Assembly: GCA_964016885.1 (NCBI GenBank)
Contig: OZ024744.1
Coordinates: 32,240,001-32,304,000, forward strand
Direction of reading: 5' to 3'
Length of the DNA stretch: 64,000 bases
DNA from: Eledone cirrhosa
Taxonomy: Eukaryota
Shown: in pieces, positions 1-15,000 of the stretch
Layout: each line of letters begins with the position of its first letter
Numbering within the stretch: the first letter of the stretch is position 1
Made by a program: the position numbers and the translations under genes
Notes under the pieces: model-generated
Told to the model about the DNA's origin: nothing
Database searches by the model: none
The model's input: the letters and a program-made list of their open reading frames with translations, nothing else

Positions 1-3000
1 GAATGTCTCAGGAGATCAGAGAGTCAGTTCAGGTAGAGTTGATACTTCTCTAAATTGAGAGATCACAGCTCCAATACTATGGACATGTGGTTAGAATATC
101 TCAGGAGATCAGAGAGTCAGTTCAGGTTGAGCTGCTACTTCTCTGAATTGAGAGATCACAGCTCCTCTAATATGGACATCTGGTTACAATGTCTCAGGAG
201 TTCAGAGAGTCACTCCAGTTAGAGCTGCTACTTCTCCGAATAAAGAGATCACAGCTCCGATACTATGGACATCTGGTTACAATGTCTGAGGAGATCAGAG
301 AATCACTCCAGGTAGAGCTGCTACTTCTCCGAATTAAGAGATCACAGATCCGTTACTATGCACATGTGGTTAGAATGTCTCAGGAGGTTAGAGAGTCAAT
401 TCAGGGAGAGTTGCTACTTCCCCGAATTGAGAGATCACAGATCCGTTACTATGGACATGTGGTTAGAATGTCTCAGGAGGTTAGAGAGTCAATTCAGGGA
501 GAGTTGCTACTTCCCCGAATTGAGAGATCACAGATCCGTTACTATGGACATGTGGTTAGAATGTCTCAGGAGATCAGAGAGTCACTTCATGTAGAGCTGA
601 AACTTTTCTGAATTGAGAGATCACAGCTCCGATGCTATGGACATCTGGTTAGAATGTCTCGGGAGATCAGAGCGTCACTCCAGGTAAAGCTACTACTTCC
701 TCGATTTGAGAGATCACAGATCCGATACTATGGACATGTGGTTAGAATGTCTTAGGTGATCAGAGAGTCACTCCACGTAGAGCTGCTACTTCTCCAAATT
801 GAGAGACCACAGCTCTGATACTCGGGACATGGGGTTAGAATCTCTCTGGAGATCAGAGAGTCACTTCAGTTAGAGCTGCTACTTCTCTGAATTGAGAGAT
901 CACATCTCTGTTACTATGGACATGAGGTTAGAATGTCTCAGGAGATCAGAGAATCACTCCAGGTAGAGCACCTACTTCTCCGAATAAAGAGATCACAGCT
1001 CTGATTCTATGGACATGTGGTTGGAATATCTGTGAGCTGCTATTTCCCCGAATTGAAAGATCACAGCTCTGATACTATGCACATGGGGTTAGAATGTCTC
1101 AGGAGATCAGAGAGTCACTCCAGGTTGAGCTGCTACTGCTCCGAATTGAGAGCTCACAGCTCCGATACTATGGACATGTGGTTAGAATGTCTCAAGAGAT
1201 CAGAAAGTCACTTCAGTTAGAGCTGCTACTTCTCTGAATTGAGAGATCACATCTCTGTTACTATGGACATCTGGTTAGAATGTCTCGGGAGATCAGAGCA
1301 TCATTCCAGGTTGAGCTGCTACTGTTCCGAATTGAAAGCTCACAGCTCTGATACTATGGACATGTGGTTAGTATTTCTCAGGAGATCAGAGAGTCACTCC
1401 AGGTAGAGCTGCTACTTCTCTGAATTGAGAGATCACATCTCTGTTACTATGGACATCTGGTTAGAATGTCTCAGGAGATCAGAGAGTCACTCAAGGTAGA
1501 GCTGCTACTTCTCCGAATTTAAAGATCAGAGCTCTGATACTATGGACATGTGGTTAGAATATCTCAGGAGATCAGAGAGTCACCCCAGGTAGATCTGCTA
1601 CTTCTCAGATTTGAGAGATCACAGATCCAATACTATAGACATCTGGTTAGAATGGCTAAGGAGATCAGAGAGTCACTTTAGGTACAGCTGCTATTTCCTC
1701 GAATTGAAAGATCACAGCTCTGATACTATGCACGTGGGGTTAGAATGTCTCAGGAGATCAGAGAGTCACTTCAGGTTGAGCTGCTACTCTCTGAATTGAG
1801 AGATCACAGCTCCGATACTATGGACATCTGGTTAGAATGTCTCAGGAGATCAGAGAGTCACTCCAGGTAGAGCTACTACTTCCTAAAATTGAGAGATCAC
1901 AGATCCGATACTATGGACATGTGGTTAGAATGTCGCAGGAGATCAGAGAGTCAATCCAGTTTGAGCTGCTACTACTCCGAATTGAGAGATCACAGATCCG
2001 ATACTATGGACAGGTTGTTAGATTGTCTCAGGAGATCAGGGAGTCACTCCAGGTAGAGCTGCTACTTCCCAGAATTGAGAGATCACAGATCCGTTACTAT
2101 GGACATGTGGTTAGAATGTCTCAGGAGATCAGAGAGTCACTCCAGGTAGAGCTGCTACTTCTACGAATTGAGAGATCACAGATCCGATACTATGGACATG
2201 GGGTTAGAATGTCTCAGGAGATCAGAGAGTCACTCCAGTTAGAGCTGCTACTTCCCCGAATTGAGAGATCACAGATCCGATACAATGGACATCTGGTTAG
2301 AATGTCTCAGGAGATCGGGGAATCACGCCAGGTAGATTTGATACTTCTCTGAATTGAGAGATCACAGATCCGTTACTATGGACATGTGGTTAGAATATCT
2401 CAGGAGATCAGAGAGTCACTCCAGGTAGAGCTGCTACTTTTCCGAATTGAGAGATCACAGCTTCTATAATATGGACATCTGGTTACAATGTCTCAGGAGA
2501 TCAGAGAGTCACTCCAGCTAGATCTGAAACTTCTGCGAATTGAGAGATCACAGCTCCGATACTATGGACATCTGGTTAGAATGTCTCAGCAGATCAGAGA
2601 GTCACTCCACGTTGAGCTGTTACTTCTCCGAATTTAGAGATCACAGCTCCGATACTATGGACATCTGGTTAGAATGTCTCAGGAGATCAGAGAGTCACTC
2701 CAGCTAGTGATGCTACTTCTCCGATTTGAGAGATCACAATTCCGATACTATGGACATCTGGTTAGAATGTCACAGGAGATCAGAGAGTCACTTTAGGTAG
2801 AGCTGCTACTTCCTCGAATTGAAAGATCACAGATCCATTACTATGGACATGAGGTTAGAATGTCTCAGGAGATCAGAGAGTCACTCCAGTTAGAGCTGCT
2901 ACTTACCCGAATTGAGAGATCACAGATCCGATACTATGGACATGTGGTTAGAATGTCTCAGGAGATCAGAGAGTCACTCCAGGTTGAGCTGCTACTTCTC

Positions 3001-6000
3001 CGAATTGAGAGATCAAAGCTCCGATACTATGGACATCTGGTTAGAATGTCTCAGGAGATCAGAGATTCACTCCAGGTAGAGGTGCTCCTTCTCCAATTTG
3101 AGAGATCACAGATCCAATACTATAGACATCTGGTTAGAATGGCTAAGGAGATCAGAGAGTCACTTTAGTTAGAGCTGCTACATCCTCGAATTGAAAGATC
3201 ACCGATCCGTTACTATGGACATGAGGTTAGAATGTCTGAGGAGATCAGAGAGTCACTTCAGGTAGAGCTGCTACTTCTCTGAATTGAGAGATCACAGATC
3301 TGATACTATGCACATGTGGTTAGAATGTCTCAGGAGATCAGAGAGTTACTTCAGGTTGAGCTGCTACTTCTCCGAATTGAGAGATCACAGCTCCGACACT
3401 ATGGACATCTGGTTAGAATGTCTCAGGAGATCAGAGAGTCACTCCAGGTAGAGCTACTACTTCCTCGAATTGAGAGATCACAGATCCGATACTATGGACA
3501 TGTGGTTAGAATGTCTCAGGAGATCAGAGAGTCACTCAAGGTAGAGATGCTTCTTCTCCAAATTGAGAGATCACATCTCTGTTACTATGGACATGGGGTT
3601 AGAATGTCTCAGGAGTTCAGAGTGTCACTCCAGGTTGAGCTGCTACTTCTCCGAATTGAGAGATCACAGCTCTGATACTATGGGCATGTGGTTAGAATGA
3701 CTCAGGAGATCAGAGAGTCACTCCAGGTTGAGCTGCTACTTCCCCGAATTGAGAGATCACAAATCCGATACTATGGACATGTGGTTAGAATGGCTAAGGA
3801 GATCAGAGAGCCACTTTAGGTAGAGCTGCTAATTCCTCGAATTGAAAGATCACAGATCCATTACTATGGACATGAGGTTACAATATCTCAGGAGATCAGA
3901 GAGTCACTCCAGGTAGAGCTGCTACTTACCTGAATTGAGAGATCACAGATCCGATACTATGGACATGTGGATAGAATGTCTCAGGAGATCAGAGAGTCAC
4001 TCCAGGTTCAGCTGCTACTTCTCCGAATTGAGAGATCACAGCTTCGTTACTATGGACATCTGGTTAGAATGTCTCAGGAGATCAGAGAGTCACTCCAGGT
4101 AGAGCTGCTACTTCTGCGAATTGAGAGGTCACAGCTCCGATACTATGGACATGTGGTTAGAATGTCTCAGGAGATCAGAGAGTCACTCCAGGTTGAGCAG
4201 CTACTACTCCGAATTGAGAGATCACAGCTCCGATACTATGGACATGTGGTTAGAATGTCTCAGGAGATCAGAGTGTCACTCCAGGTTGAGCTGCTACTTC
4301 TCCGAATTGAGAGATCACAGCTCCGATACTATGGACATCTGGTTAGAATGTGTCAGGAGATCAGAGAATCACTCCAGGTAGAGCTGCTACTTCTCCGATT
4401 TGAGAGATCACAGATCCAATACTATGGACATCTGGTTAGAATGGCTAAGGAGATCAGAGAGTCACTTTAGTTAGAGCTGCTACTTCCTCTTATTGAAAGA
4501 TCACAGATCCGTTACTATGGACATGAGGTTAGAATGTCTGAGGAGATCAGAGAGTCACTTCAGGTAGAGCTGCTACTTCTCTGAATTGAGAGATCGCAGA
4601 TCTGATACTATGCACATGAGGTTAGAATGTCTCTGGAGATCAGAGAGTCACTTCAGGTTGAGCTGCTACTTCTCTGAATTGAGAGATCACAGCTCCGACA
4701 CTATGGACATCTGGTTAGAATGTCTCAGGAGATCAGAGAGTCACTCCAGGTAGAGCTACTACTTCCTCGAATTGAGAGATCACAGCTCTGATACTATGGA
4801 CATGTGGTTAGAATGTCTCAGGAGATCAGAGAGTCACTCCAGGTTGAGCTGCTACTTCCCCGAATTGAGAGATCATAATTCCGATACTATGGACATCTGG
4901 TTAGAATGTCTCAGGAGATCAGAGAGTCACTACAAGTAGAGCTGCTACTTCCTCCAATAGTGAGATTACAGATCCGTTACTATGGACATCTGGTTATAAT
5001 GTCTAATGGGATCAGAGAGTCAATCAAGGTTGAGCTGCTACTACTCCGAATTGAGAGATCACAGCTCTGATACTATGGACATGTGGTTAGAATGTCTCAG
5101 GAGATCAGGGAGTCACTTCAGGTAGAGCTGTTACTACTCCGAATTGAGAGATCACAGATCCGTTACTATGGACATGAGGTTAGAATGTCTCAGGAGATTA
5201 GAGAGTCACTCCAGGTAGAGCTGCTACTTCCCCAAATTGAGAGATCACAGATCCGATACTATGGACATGTGGTTAGAATGTCTCAGGAGATCAGAGCGTC
5301 ACTCCAGGTAGAGCTGCTACTTCTACGAATTGAGAGATCACAGATCCGATACTATGGACATCTGGTTAGAATGTCTCAGGAGATCAGAGAGTCACTCAAG
5401 ATAGAGCTGCTACTTCTACGAATTGAGAGATCACAGATCCGATACTATGGACATCTGGTTAGAATGTCTCAGGAGATCAGAGAGTCACTGAAGATAGAGC
5501 TGCTACTTCTACGAATTGAGAGATCACAGATCCGATACTATGGACATCTGGTTAGAATGTCTCAGGAGATCAGAGAGTCACTCAAGATAGAGCTGCTACT
5601 TCTACGAATTGAGAGATCACAGATCCGATACTATGGACATCTGGTTAGAATGTCTCAGGAGATCAGAGAGTCACTCAAGATAGAGCTGCTACTTCTACGA
5701 ATTGAGAGATCACAGATCCGATACTATGGACATCTGGTTAGAATGTCTCAGGAGATCAGAGAGTCACTCAAGATAGAGCTGCTACTTCTACGAATTGAGA
5801 GATCACAGATCCGATACTATGGACATCTGGTTAGAATGTCTCAGGAGATCAGAGAGTCACTCAAGATAGAGCTGCTACTTCTACGAATTGAGAGATCACA
5901 GATCCGATACTATGGACATCTGGTTAGAATGTCTCAGGAGATCAGAGAGTCACTCAAGATAGAGCTGCTACTTCTACGAATTGAGAGATCACAGATCCGA

Positions 6001-9000
6001 TACTATGGACATCTGGTTAGAATGTCTCAGGAGATCAGAGAGTCACTCAAGATAGAGCTGCTACTTCTACGAATTGAGAGATCACAGATCCGATACTATG
6101 GACATCTGGTTAGAATGTCTCAGGAGATCAGAGAGTCACTCAAGATAGAGCTGCTACTTCTACGAATTGAGAGATCACAGATCCGATACTATGGACATCT
6201 GGTTAGAATGTCTCAGGAGATCAGAGAGTCACTCAAGATAGAGCTGCTACTTCTCCGAATTTAAAGATCAGAGCTCTGATACTATGGACATGCGGTGGGA
6301 ATGTCTCAGGTGATCAGAGAGTCACTCCAGGTTCAGCTGCTACTTCTCCGAATTGAGAGATCGCAGATCTGATACTATGCACATGAGGTTAGAATGTCTC
6401 TGGAGATCAGAGAGTCACTTCAGGTTGAGCTGCTACTTCCCCGAATTGAGAGATCATAGCTCTGATACTATGGAAATGTGGTTAGAATGTCTCAGGAGAT
6501 CTGAGAGTCACACCAGGTAGAGCTGCAACTTCCCCGAATTGAGAGGTCATAGCTCTGATACTATGGACATGCGGTGAGAATGTCTGAGGAGATCAGAGAG
6601 TCACTCCAGGTTCAGCTGCTACTTCTCCGAATGGAGAGATCACAGCTCTGATACTATGGAAATGGGGTTAGAATATCTCAGGAGATCAGAGAGTCACTTC
6701 AGGTAGAGCTGTTACTTATCTGAATTGAGAGATCACAGCTCCAATACTATGGACATGTGATTAGAATATCTCAGGAGATCAGAGAGTCACTCCAGGTAGA
6801 GCTGCTACTTCTCCGATTTGAGAGATCACAAATCCGATACTATGGACATGGGGTTAGAATGTCTCAGGAGATCAGAGAGTCACTTCAAGTAGAGATGCTA
6901 CTTCTCTGAATTCAGTGATCACAGCTCCAATACTATTGACATATGGTTAGAATGTCTCAGGAGATCAGAGAGTCAATCCAGGTTGAGCTGCTACTCCTCC
7001 GAATTGAGAGATCACAGCTTCTATAATATGGACATCTGGTTACAATGTCTCAGGAGATCAGAGAGTCACTCCAGGTAGAGCTGAAACTTCTGCAAATTGA
7101 GAGATCACAGCTCCGATACTATGGACATGTGGTTAGAATGTCTCAGGAAATCAGAGAGTCACTCTAGGTTGAGCAGCTACTACTCCGAATTGAGAGATCG
7201 CAGCTCTGATACTATGGACATGTGGTTAGAATGTCTCAGGAGTTCAGAGAGTCACTCCAGGTTGAGCTGCTACTTCTCCGAATTGAGAGATCACAGCTCT
7301 GATACTATGGACAGGTGGTTAGAATGTCTCAGGAGATCAGAGAGTCACTCCAGGTTGAGCTGCTACTTCCCCGAATAAAGAGATCACAACTCCGATACTA
7401 TGGACATGTGGTTAGAATGGCTAAGGAGATCAGAGAGTCACTTTATGTAGAGCTGCTACTTCCTCGAATTGAAAGATCACAGATCCGTTACTATGGACAT
7501 GGGGTTAGAATGTCTCAGGAGTTCAGAGTGTCACTCCAGGTTGAGCTGCTACTTCTCCGAATTGAGAGATCACAGCTCTGATACTATGGACATGAGGTTA
7601 AAATGACTCAGGAGATCAGAGAGTCCCTGCAGGTTGAGCTGCTACTTCCCCGAATTGAGAGATCACAAATCCGATACTATGGGCATGTGGTTAGAATGGC
7701 TAAGGAGATCAGAGAGTCACTCCAGGTAGAGCTGCTACTTCTCGGAATTGAGAGATCACAGATCCGATACTATGGACATGTGGATAGAATGTCTCAGGAG
7801 ATCAGAGAGTCACTCCAGGTTCAGCTGCTACTTCTCCGAATTGAGAGATCACAGCTCCGATACTATGGACATCTGGTTAGAATGTCTCAGGAGATCAGAG
7901 AGTCACTCCAGGTAGAGCTGCTACTTCTGCGAATTGAGAGGTCACAGCTCCGATACTATGGACATGTGGTTAGAATGTCTCAGGAGATCAGAAAGTCACT
8001 CCAGGTTGAGCTGCTACTTCTCCGAATTTAAAGATCAGAGGTCTGATACTATTGACATGTAGTTAGAATATCTCAGGAGATCAGGGAGTCATTCCAGGTA
8101 GAGCTGCTACTTCCCCGAAATGAGAGATCACAGATCCCTTACTATGGACATGTGGTTACAATGTCTCAGGAGATCAGAGCGTCACTCCAGGTAGAGCTGC
8201 TACCTCTACGAATTGAGAGATCACAGATCCGATACTATGGACATCTGGTTAGAATGTCTCAGGAGATCAGAGAGTCACTCAAGATAGAGCTGCTACTTCT
8301 CCGAATTTAAAGATCAGAGGTCTGATACTATTGACATGTGGTTAGAATATCTCAGGAGATCTGAGAGTCACTCCAGGTAGAGTTGCTACTTCCCCGAATT
8401 GAGAGATCACAGATCCTTTACTATGGACATGTGGTTAGAATGTCTCAGGAGATCTGAGAGTCACACCAGGTTTAAACTGCAACTACTCCGAATTAAGAGA
8501 TCACAGCTCTGATAATATGGACATGGGGTTAGAATATCTCAGGAGATCAGAGAGTCACTTCAAGTAGAGATGCTACTTCTCTGAATTCAGAGATCACAGC
8601 TCCGATACTATGGACATATGGTTAGAATGTCTCAGGAGATCAGAGAGTCACTCCAGGTTGAGCTGCTACTCTTCCGAATTGAGAAATCACATCTCTGATA
8701 CTATGGACATCTGGTTAGAATGTCTCAGGAGATCAGAGAGTCACTCCAGGTAGAGCTAAAACTTCTGCAAATTGAGAGATCACAGCTCCGATACTATGGA
8801 CATGTGGTTAGAATGTCTCAGGAGATCAGAGAATCACTCCAGGTTGTGCTGCTACTTCTCCGAATTGAGAGATCACAGCTCCGATACTATGGACATCTGG
8901 TTAGAATGTCTCAGGAGATCAGAGAGTCACTCCAGGTAGAGCTACTACTTCCTCGATTTTGAGAGATCACAGTTCCGATATTATGGACATCTGGTTAGAA

Positions 9001-12000
9001 TGTCTCAGGAGTTCAGAGAGTCACTCCAGGTTGAGCTGCTACTTCTCCGAATTGAGAGATCACAGCGCTGATACTATGGACATGTGGTTAGAATGTCTCA
9101 GGAGATCAGAGAGTCACTCCAGGTTGAGCTGCTACTTCTCCGAATTTAGAGATCACAGCTCCGATACTATGGACATCTGGTTAGAATGTCTCAGGAGATC
9201 AGAGAGTCACTCCAGGTAGAGGTGCTACTTCTCCGATTTGAGAGATCACAGATCCAATACTATAGACATCTGGTTAGAATGGCTAAGGAGATCAGAGAGT
9301 CACTTCAGGTGGAGCTGCTACTTCTCTGAATTGAGAGATCACAGATCTGATACTATGCACATGTGGTTAGAATGTCTCAGGAGATCAGAGAGTTACTTCA
9401 GGTTGAGCTGCTACTTCTCCGAATTGAGAGATAACAGCTCCGACACTGTGGACATCTGGTTAGAATGTCTCAGGAGATCAGGGAGTCACTCCAGGTAGAG
9501 CTACTACTTCCTCGAATTGAGAGATCACAGATCCGATACTATGGACATGTGGTTAGAATGTCTCAGGAGATCAGAGAGTCACTCCAGGTAGAGCTGCTAC
9601 TTCTGCGAATTGAGAGATCACAGCTCCGATACTATGGACATGTGGTTAGAATGTCTCAGGAGATCAGAGAGTCACTCCAGGTTGAGCAGCTACTACTCCG
9701 AATTGAAAGATCCCAGCTCCGATACTATGGACATGTGGTTAGAATGTCTCAGGAGATCAGAGAGTCACTCCAGGTTGAGCTGCTACATCTCCGAATTGAG
9801 AGATCACAGCTCCGATACTATGGACATCTGGTTAGAATGTGTCAGGAGATCAGATAGTCACTCCAGGTAGAGCTGCTACTTCTCCGATTTGAGAGATCAC
9901 AGATCCAATACTATGGACATGTGGTTAGAATGGCTAAGGAGATCAGAGAGTCACTTTAGTTAGAGCTGCTACTTCCTCGAATTGAAAGATCACAGATCCG
10001 TTACTATGGACATGAGGTTAGAATGTCTGAGGAGATCAGAGAGTCACTTCAGGTAGAGCTGCTATTTCTCTGAATTGAGAGTTCAAAGCTCCGACACTAT
10101 GGACATCTGGTTAGAATGTCTCAGAAGATCAGAGAGTCTCTCCAGGTAGAGCTACTACTTCCTCGAATTGAGAGATCACAGATCTGATACTATGGACATG
10201 TGGTTAGAATATCTCAGGAGATCAGAGAGTCACTCAAGGTAGAGCTGCTACTTCTCCAAATTGAGAGATCACATCTCTGTTACTATGGACATGGGGTTAG
10301 AATGTCTCAGGAGTTCAGAGAGTCACTCCAGGTTGAGCTGCTACTTCTCCGAATTGAGAGATAACAGCTCTGATACTATGGACATGGGGTTAGAATGTCT
10401 CAGGAGATCAGAGAGTCACTCCAGGTTGAGCTGCTACTTCCCCGAATTGAGAGATCATAACTCCGATACTATGGACATCTGGTTAGAATGTCTCAGGAGA
10501 TCAGAGAGTCACTACAAGTAGAGGTGCTACTTCCCCCAATAGTGAGATCACAGATCCGTTACTATGGACATCTGGTTATAATGTCTAATGGGATCAGAGA
10601 GTCAATCAAGGTTGAGCTGCTACTACTCCGAATTGAGAGATCACAGCTGTGATACTATGGACATGTGGTTAGAATGTCTCAGGAGATCAGGGAGTCACTT
10701 CAGGTAGAGCTGCTACTACTCCGAATTGAGAGATCACAGATCCATTACTATGGACATGAGGTTAGAATGTCTCAGGAGATTAGAGAGTCACTCCAGGTAG
10801 AGCTGCTACTTCCCCAAATTGAGAGATCACAGATCCGATACTATGGACATCTGGTTAGAATCTCTCAGGAGATCAGAGAGTCTCTCCAGGTAGAGCTACT
10901 ACTTCCTCGAATTGAGAGATCACAGATCCGATACTATGGACATGTGGTTAGAATGTCTCAGGAGATCAGAGAGTCACTCAAGGTAGAGCTGCTACTTCTC
11001 CAAATTGAGAGATCACATCTCTGTTACTATGGACATGGGGTTAGAATGTCTCAGGAGATCAGAGAGTCACTCCAGGTAGAGGTGCTACTTCTCCGATTTG
11101 AGAGATCACAGATCCAATACTATAGACATCTGGTTAAAATGGCTAAGGAGATCAGAGAGTCACTTTAGTTAGAGCTGCTACTTCCTCGAATTGAAAGATC
11201 ACAGATCCGTTACTATGGACATGAGGTTAGAATGTCTCAGGAGTTCAGAGAGTCACTTCAGGTAGAGCTGCTACTTCTCTGAATTGAGAGATCACAGATC
11301 TGATACTATGCACATGTGGTTAGAATGTCTCAGGAGATCAGAGAGTTACTTCAGGTTGAGCTGCTACTTCTCCGAATTGAGAGTTAACAGCTCAGACACT
11401 ATGGACATCTGGTTAGAATCTCTCAGGAGATCAGGGAGTCACTCCAGGTAGAGCTACTACTTCCTCGAATTGAGAGATCACTGCTCCGATACTATGGACA
11501 TGTGGTTAGCATGTCTCAGGAGATCAGAGAGTCACTCAAGGTAGAGCTGCTACTTCTCCAAATTGAGAGATCACATCTCTGTTACTATGGTCATGGGGTT
11601 AGAATGTCTCAGGAGTTCAGAGTGTCACTCCACGTTGAGCTGCTACTTCTCCGAATTGAGAGATAACAGCTCTGATACTATGGACATGGGGTTAGAATGT
11701 CTCAGGAGATCAGAGAGTCACTCCAGGTTGAGCTGCTACTTCCCCGAATTGAGAGATCATAACTCCGATACTATGGACATCTGGTTAGAATGTCTCAGGA
11801 GATCAGAGAGTCACTACAAGTAGAGCTGCTACTTCCCCCAATAGTGAGATCACAGATCCGTTACTATGGACATCTGGTTATAATGTCTAATGGGATCAGA
11901 GAGTCAATCAAGGTTGAGCTGCTACTACTCCGAATTGAGAGATCACAGCTGTGATACTATGGACATGTGGTTAGAATGTCTCAGGAGATCAGGGAGTCAC

Positions 12001-15000
12001 TTCAGGTTGAGCTGCTACTACTCCGAATTGAGAGATCACAGATCCATTACTATGGACATGAGGTTAGAATGTCTCAGGAGATTAGAGAGTCACTCCAGGT
12101 AGAGCTGCTACTTCCCCAAATTGAGAGATCACAGATCCGATACTATGGACATCTGGTTAGAATCTCTCAGGAGATCAGAGAGTCTCTCCAGGTAGAGCTA
12201 CTACTTCCTCGAATTGAGAGATCACAGATCCGATACTATGGACATGTGGTTAGAATGTCTCAGGAGATCAGAGAGTCACTCAAGGTAGAGCTGCTACTTC
12301 TCCAAATTGAGAGATCACATCTCTGTTACTATGGACATGGGGTTAGAATGTCTCAGGAGATCAGAGAGTCACTCCAGGTAGAGGTGCTACTTCTCCGATT
12401 TGAGAGATCACAGATCCAATACTATAGACATCTGGTTGGAATGGCTAAGGAGGTCAGAGAGTCACTTTAGTTAGAGCTGCTACTTCCTCGAATTGAGAGA
12501 TCACAGATCTGATACTATGCACATGTGGTTAGAATGTCTCAGGAGATCAGAGAGTTACTTCAGGTTGAGCTGCTACTTCTCCGAATTGAGAGTTAACAGC
12601 TCAGACACTATGGACATCTGGTTAGAATGTCTCAGGAGATCAGGGAGTCACTCCAGGTAGAGCTACTATTTCCTCGAATTGAGAGATCACAGCTCCGATA
12701 CTATGGACATGTGGTTAGAATGTCTCAGGAGATCAGAGAGTCACTCAAGGTAGAGCTGCTACTTCTCCAAATTGAGAGATCACATCTCTGTTACAATGGT
12801 CATGGGGTTAGAATGACTCAGGAGATCAGAGTGTCACTCCAGGTTGAGCTGCTACTTCTCCGAATTGAGAGATCACAGCTCTGATACTATGGACATGTGG
12901 TTAGAATGACTCAGGAGATCAGAGAGTCACTCCAGGTTGAGCTGCTACTTCCCCGAATTGAGAGATCACAACTCCGATACTATGGACATGTGGTTAGAAT
13001 GTCTCAGGAGATCAGAGAGTCACTCCAGTTTGAGCAGCTACTACTCCGAATTGAGAGATCACAGCTCCGATACTATGGACATCTGGTTAGAATGTGTCAG
13101 GAGATCAGAGAGTCACTCCAGGTAGAGCTGCTACTTCTCCAATTTGAGAGATCACAGATCCAATACTATGGACGTCTGGTTAGAATGGCTAAGGAGATCA
13201 GAGAGTCACTTTAGTTAGAGCTGCTACTTCCTCGAATTGAAAGATCACAGATCCGTTACTATGGACATGAGGTTAGAATGTCTGAGGAGATCAGAGAGTC
13301 ACTTCAGGTAGAGCTGCTATTTCTCTGAATTGAGAGATCGCAGATCTGATACTATGCACATGTGGTTAGAATGTCTCAGGAGATCAGAGAGTCACTTCAG
13401 GTTGAGCTGCTACTTCTCTGAATTGAGAGATCAAAGCAGCTCCGTCACTATGGACATCTGGTTAGAATGTCTCAGGAGATCAGAGAGTCACTCAAGGTAG
13501 AGCTGCTACTTCTCCAAATTGAGAGATCACATCTCTGTTACTATGGTCATGGGGTTAGAATGTCTCAGGAGTTCAGAGTGTCACTCCAGGTTGAGCTGCT
13601 ACTTCTCCGAATTGAGAGATAACAGCTCTGATACTATGGACATGGGGTTAGAATGTCTCAGGAGATCAGAGAGTCACTCCAGGTTGAGCTGCTACTTCCC
13701 CGAATTGAGAGATCATAACTCCGATACTATGGACATCTGGTTAGAATGTCTCAGGAGATCAGAGAGTCACTACAAGTAGAGCTGCTACTTCCCCCAATAG
13801 TGAGATCACAGATCCGTTACTATGGACATCTGGTTATAATGTCTAATGGGATCAGAGAGTCAATCAAGGTTGAGCTGCTACTACTCCGAATTGAGAGATC
13901 ACAGCTGTGATACTATGGACATGTGGTTAGAATGTCTCAGGAGATCAGGGAGTCACTTCAGGTTGAGCTGCTACTACTCCGAATTGAGAGATCACAGATC
14001 CATTACTATGGACATGAGGTTAGAATGTCTCAGGAGATTAGAGAGTCACTCCAGGTAGAGCTGCTACTTCCCCAAATTGAGAGATCACAGATCCGATACT
14101 ATGGACATCTGGTTAGAATCTCTCAGGAGATCAGAGAGTCTCTCCAGGTAGAGCTACTACTTCCTCGAATTGAGAGATCACAGATCCGATACTATGGACA
14201 TGTGGTTAGAATGTCTCAGGAGATCAGAGAGTCACTCAAGGTAGAGCTGCTACTTCTCCAAATTGAGAGATCACATCTCTGTTACTATGGACATGGGGTT
14301 AGAATGTCTCAGGAGATCAGAGAGTCACTCCAGGTAGAGGTGCTACTTCTCCGATTTGAGAGATCACAGATCCAATACTATAGACATCTGGTTAGAATGG
14401 CTAAGGAGGTCAGAGAGTCACTTTAGTTAGAGCTGCTACTTCCTCGAATTGAAAGATCACAGATCCGTTACTATGGACATGAGGTTAGAATGTCTCAGGA
14501 GATCAGAGAGTCACTTCAGGTAGAGCTGCTACTTCTCTGAATTGAGAGATCACAGATCTGATACTATGCACATGTGGTTAGAATGTCTCAGGAGATCAGA
14601 GAGTTACTTCAGGTTGAGCTGCTACTTCTCCGAATTGAGAGTTAACAGCTCAGACACTATGGACATCTGGTTAGAATGTCTCAGGAGATCAGGGAGTCAC
14701 TCCAGGTAGAGCTACTATTTCCTCGAATTGAGAGATCACAGCTCCGATACTATGGACATGTGGTTAGAATGTCTCAGGAGATCAGAGAGTCACTCAAGGT
14801 AGAGCTGCTACTTCTCCAAATTGAGAGATCACATCTCTGTTACTATGGTCATGGGGTTAGAATGACTCAGGAGATCAGAGTGTCACTCCAGGTTGAGCTG
14901 CTACTTCTCCGAATTGAGAGATCACAGATCTGATACTATGGACATGTGGTTAGAATGACTCAGGAGATCAGAGAGTCACTCCAGGTTGAGCTGCTACTTC

